From IMG/VR virus record IMGVR_UViG_3300017747_003155, positions 1 through 63,337 of that record: a stretch of 63,337 nucleotides of DNA. One strand, written 5' to 3'. The notes below the pieces were generated by a model, which saw only the letters and a program-made list of their open reading frames with translations, was not told where the DNA came from and did no database searches. Shown here piece by piece: positions 62,898 to 63,337 of this stretch. Made by a program: the position numbers and the translations under genes. This DNA is from a virus. Lineage: Duplodnaviria; Caudoviricetes. The number at the start of each line of letters is the position of its first letter. Positions within the stretch are counted from its first letter, which is position 1.

Positions 62898-63337
62898 TCG
62901 ATCAAGATCATGTCCCGCGTGTGGGACGAACCGGAAAGCCTCGAACCCATCGCTCGGTTCGTGCTGCTCAAGTTGGCCGACCATGCCTGCGATGACGGGA
63001 ACTTCTGCTGGCCGAAGATCGAAACGATCGCGAAGGCCACCAACCTGTCGCCGCGAACCGTGGTGAGGAAAATCAACGAACTGGAAACCGCCGGGTACTT
63101 GCGGCGTCAAATCCGCCAGAGTCAGTCGACGGTCTACCACCTGAGCGTGCCGCCGGGTGGGTGTCACTCTGACACCCCGGGGGTGACTCTCTGTCAGGGG
63201 GGGGGTGACTCTCTGTCACCCCACCATAATAAAGGAACCATCAAGGGAACCGTAAGTTTAAACACCCCCCCCCCCCCCCCGGCCCCTCCCCACAATCCCC
63301 CCACAGAGGAGCTCCCGCATGTCATTTTTCCTCTGAA
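62895..63337 (+). CDS. Replication initiator (lambda O-like, N-terminal winged HTH), 5' part; continues across the circular join into 1..325
   Basis: ATG at 62895 gives MSIKIMSRVWDEPESLEPIARFVLLKLADHACDDGNFCWPKIETIAKATNLSPRTVVRKINELETAGYL, a typical phage HTH_36-type N-terminus. No stop before the window end; in frame with ORF 47..325 if 63260 equals position 1. Confidence 0.85.
   Translation, partial: MSIKIMSRVWDEPESLEPIARFVLLKLADHACDDGNFCWPKIETIAKATNLSPRTVVRKINELETAGYLRRQIRQSQSTVYHLSVPPGGCHSDTPGVTLCQGGGDSLSPHHNKGTIKGTVSLNTPPPPPAPPHNPPTEELPHVIFPL
63157..63263 (+). promoter_or_regulatory. Putative replication origin: three iterons at 22-bp period inside the initiator gene, followed by an A-rich stretch
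   Basis: GGGTGTCACTCTGACA (63159), GGGTGACTCTCTGTCA (63181) and GGGTGACTCTCTGTCA (63203), then ATAATAAAGGAACCATCAAGGGAACCGTAAGTTTAAA; lambdoid ori arrangement. Confidence 0.75.
63260..63337. repeat. Terminal overlap with 1..78 (circular assembly, noisy copy)
   Basis: Ungapped alignment to 1..78 gives about 60/78 identities by hand count; mismatches begin within the poly-C run. Confidence 0.85.

Noticed and set aside
63260-63337. Diverged terminal repeat as a biological feature (DGR variable repeat or degenerate LTR)
   Set aside because: Mismatches begin within a poly-C run, many are changes to C, and they are not adenine-specific. No reverse transcriptase is present. This fits a low-quality read tail at a circular overlap.
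1-63337. tRNA, rRNA or intron/intein elements
   Set aside because: No cloverleaf or T-loop motif was noticed in the short intergenic gaps, and TerL, helicases and capsid have normal lengths. A tRNAscan/Infernal run would be needed to be certain.

Overview
This window is an apparently complete, circularly permuted genome of about 63.26 kb from a GC-rich tailed dsDNA phage with a long non-contractile (siphovirus-type) tail. The last 78 nt are a noisy ungapped copy of the first 78 nt, and a lambda-O-like replication initiator reads in frame across that join. Gene order: initiator and DnaC-like loader; KH, SWIM, nuclease, ParB and SF2 helicase genes; DUF5131; HNH; two ParB-like genes plus a glycosyltransferase; TerS and TerL; a 10 kb accessory block; portal and minor head protein; a 2 kb accessory block; scaffold, capsid, neck, tail tube, chaperones and tape measure; tail tip and fibres; a second tail-tube-like gene; a lysis region (PAS-domain membrane protein, lipoprotein, holin, two antisense genes, FN3-like secreted protein, amidase); then an SSB-like gene, an SbcC/Rad50-like ATPase and UvrD. 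I saw no integrase, DNA polymerase, tRNA or CRISPR array. The absence of Shine-Dalgarno motifs and a C-terminal 'LESSxDLxxW...FRLR' motif suggest a PVC (probably Verrucomicrobia) host; this is inference. The most notable items are (i) three layers of repeats: seven operator-bearing 17-bp-spacer promoters, four 32-bp palindromes with a flipped core in one copy, and a CCACYGCAYCCATG start-associated motif; (ii) a PAS sensor with a membrane anchor heading the lysis region; (iii) an apparent +1 tail-chaperone frameshift; (iv) a divergent second tail-tube gene; (v) a ParB/glycosyltransferase cluster with no visible base hydroxylase. All family calls come from reading motifs by eye, not from database searches.
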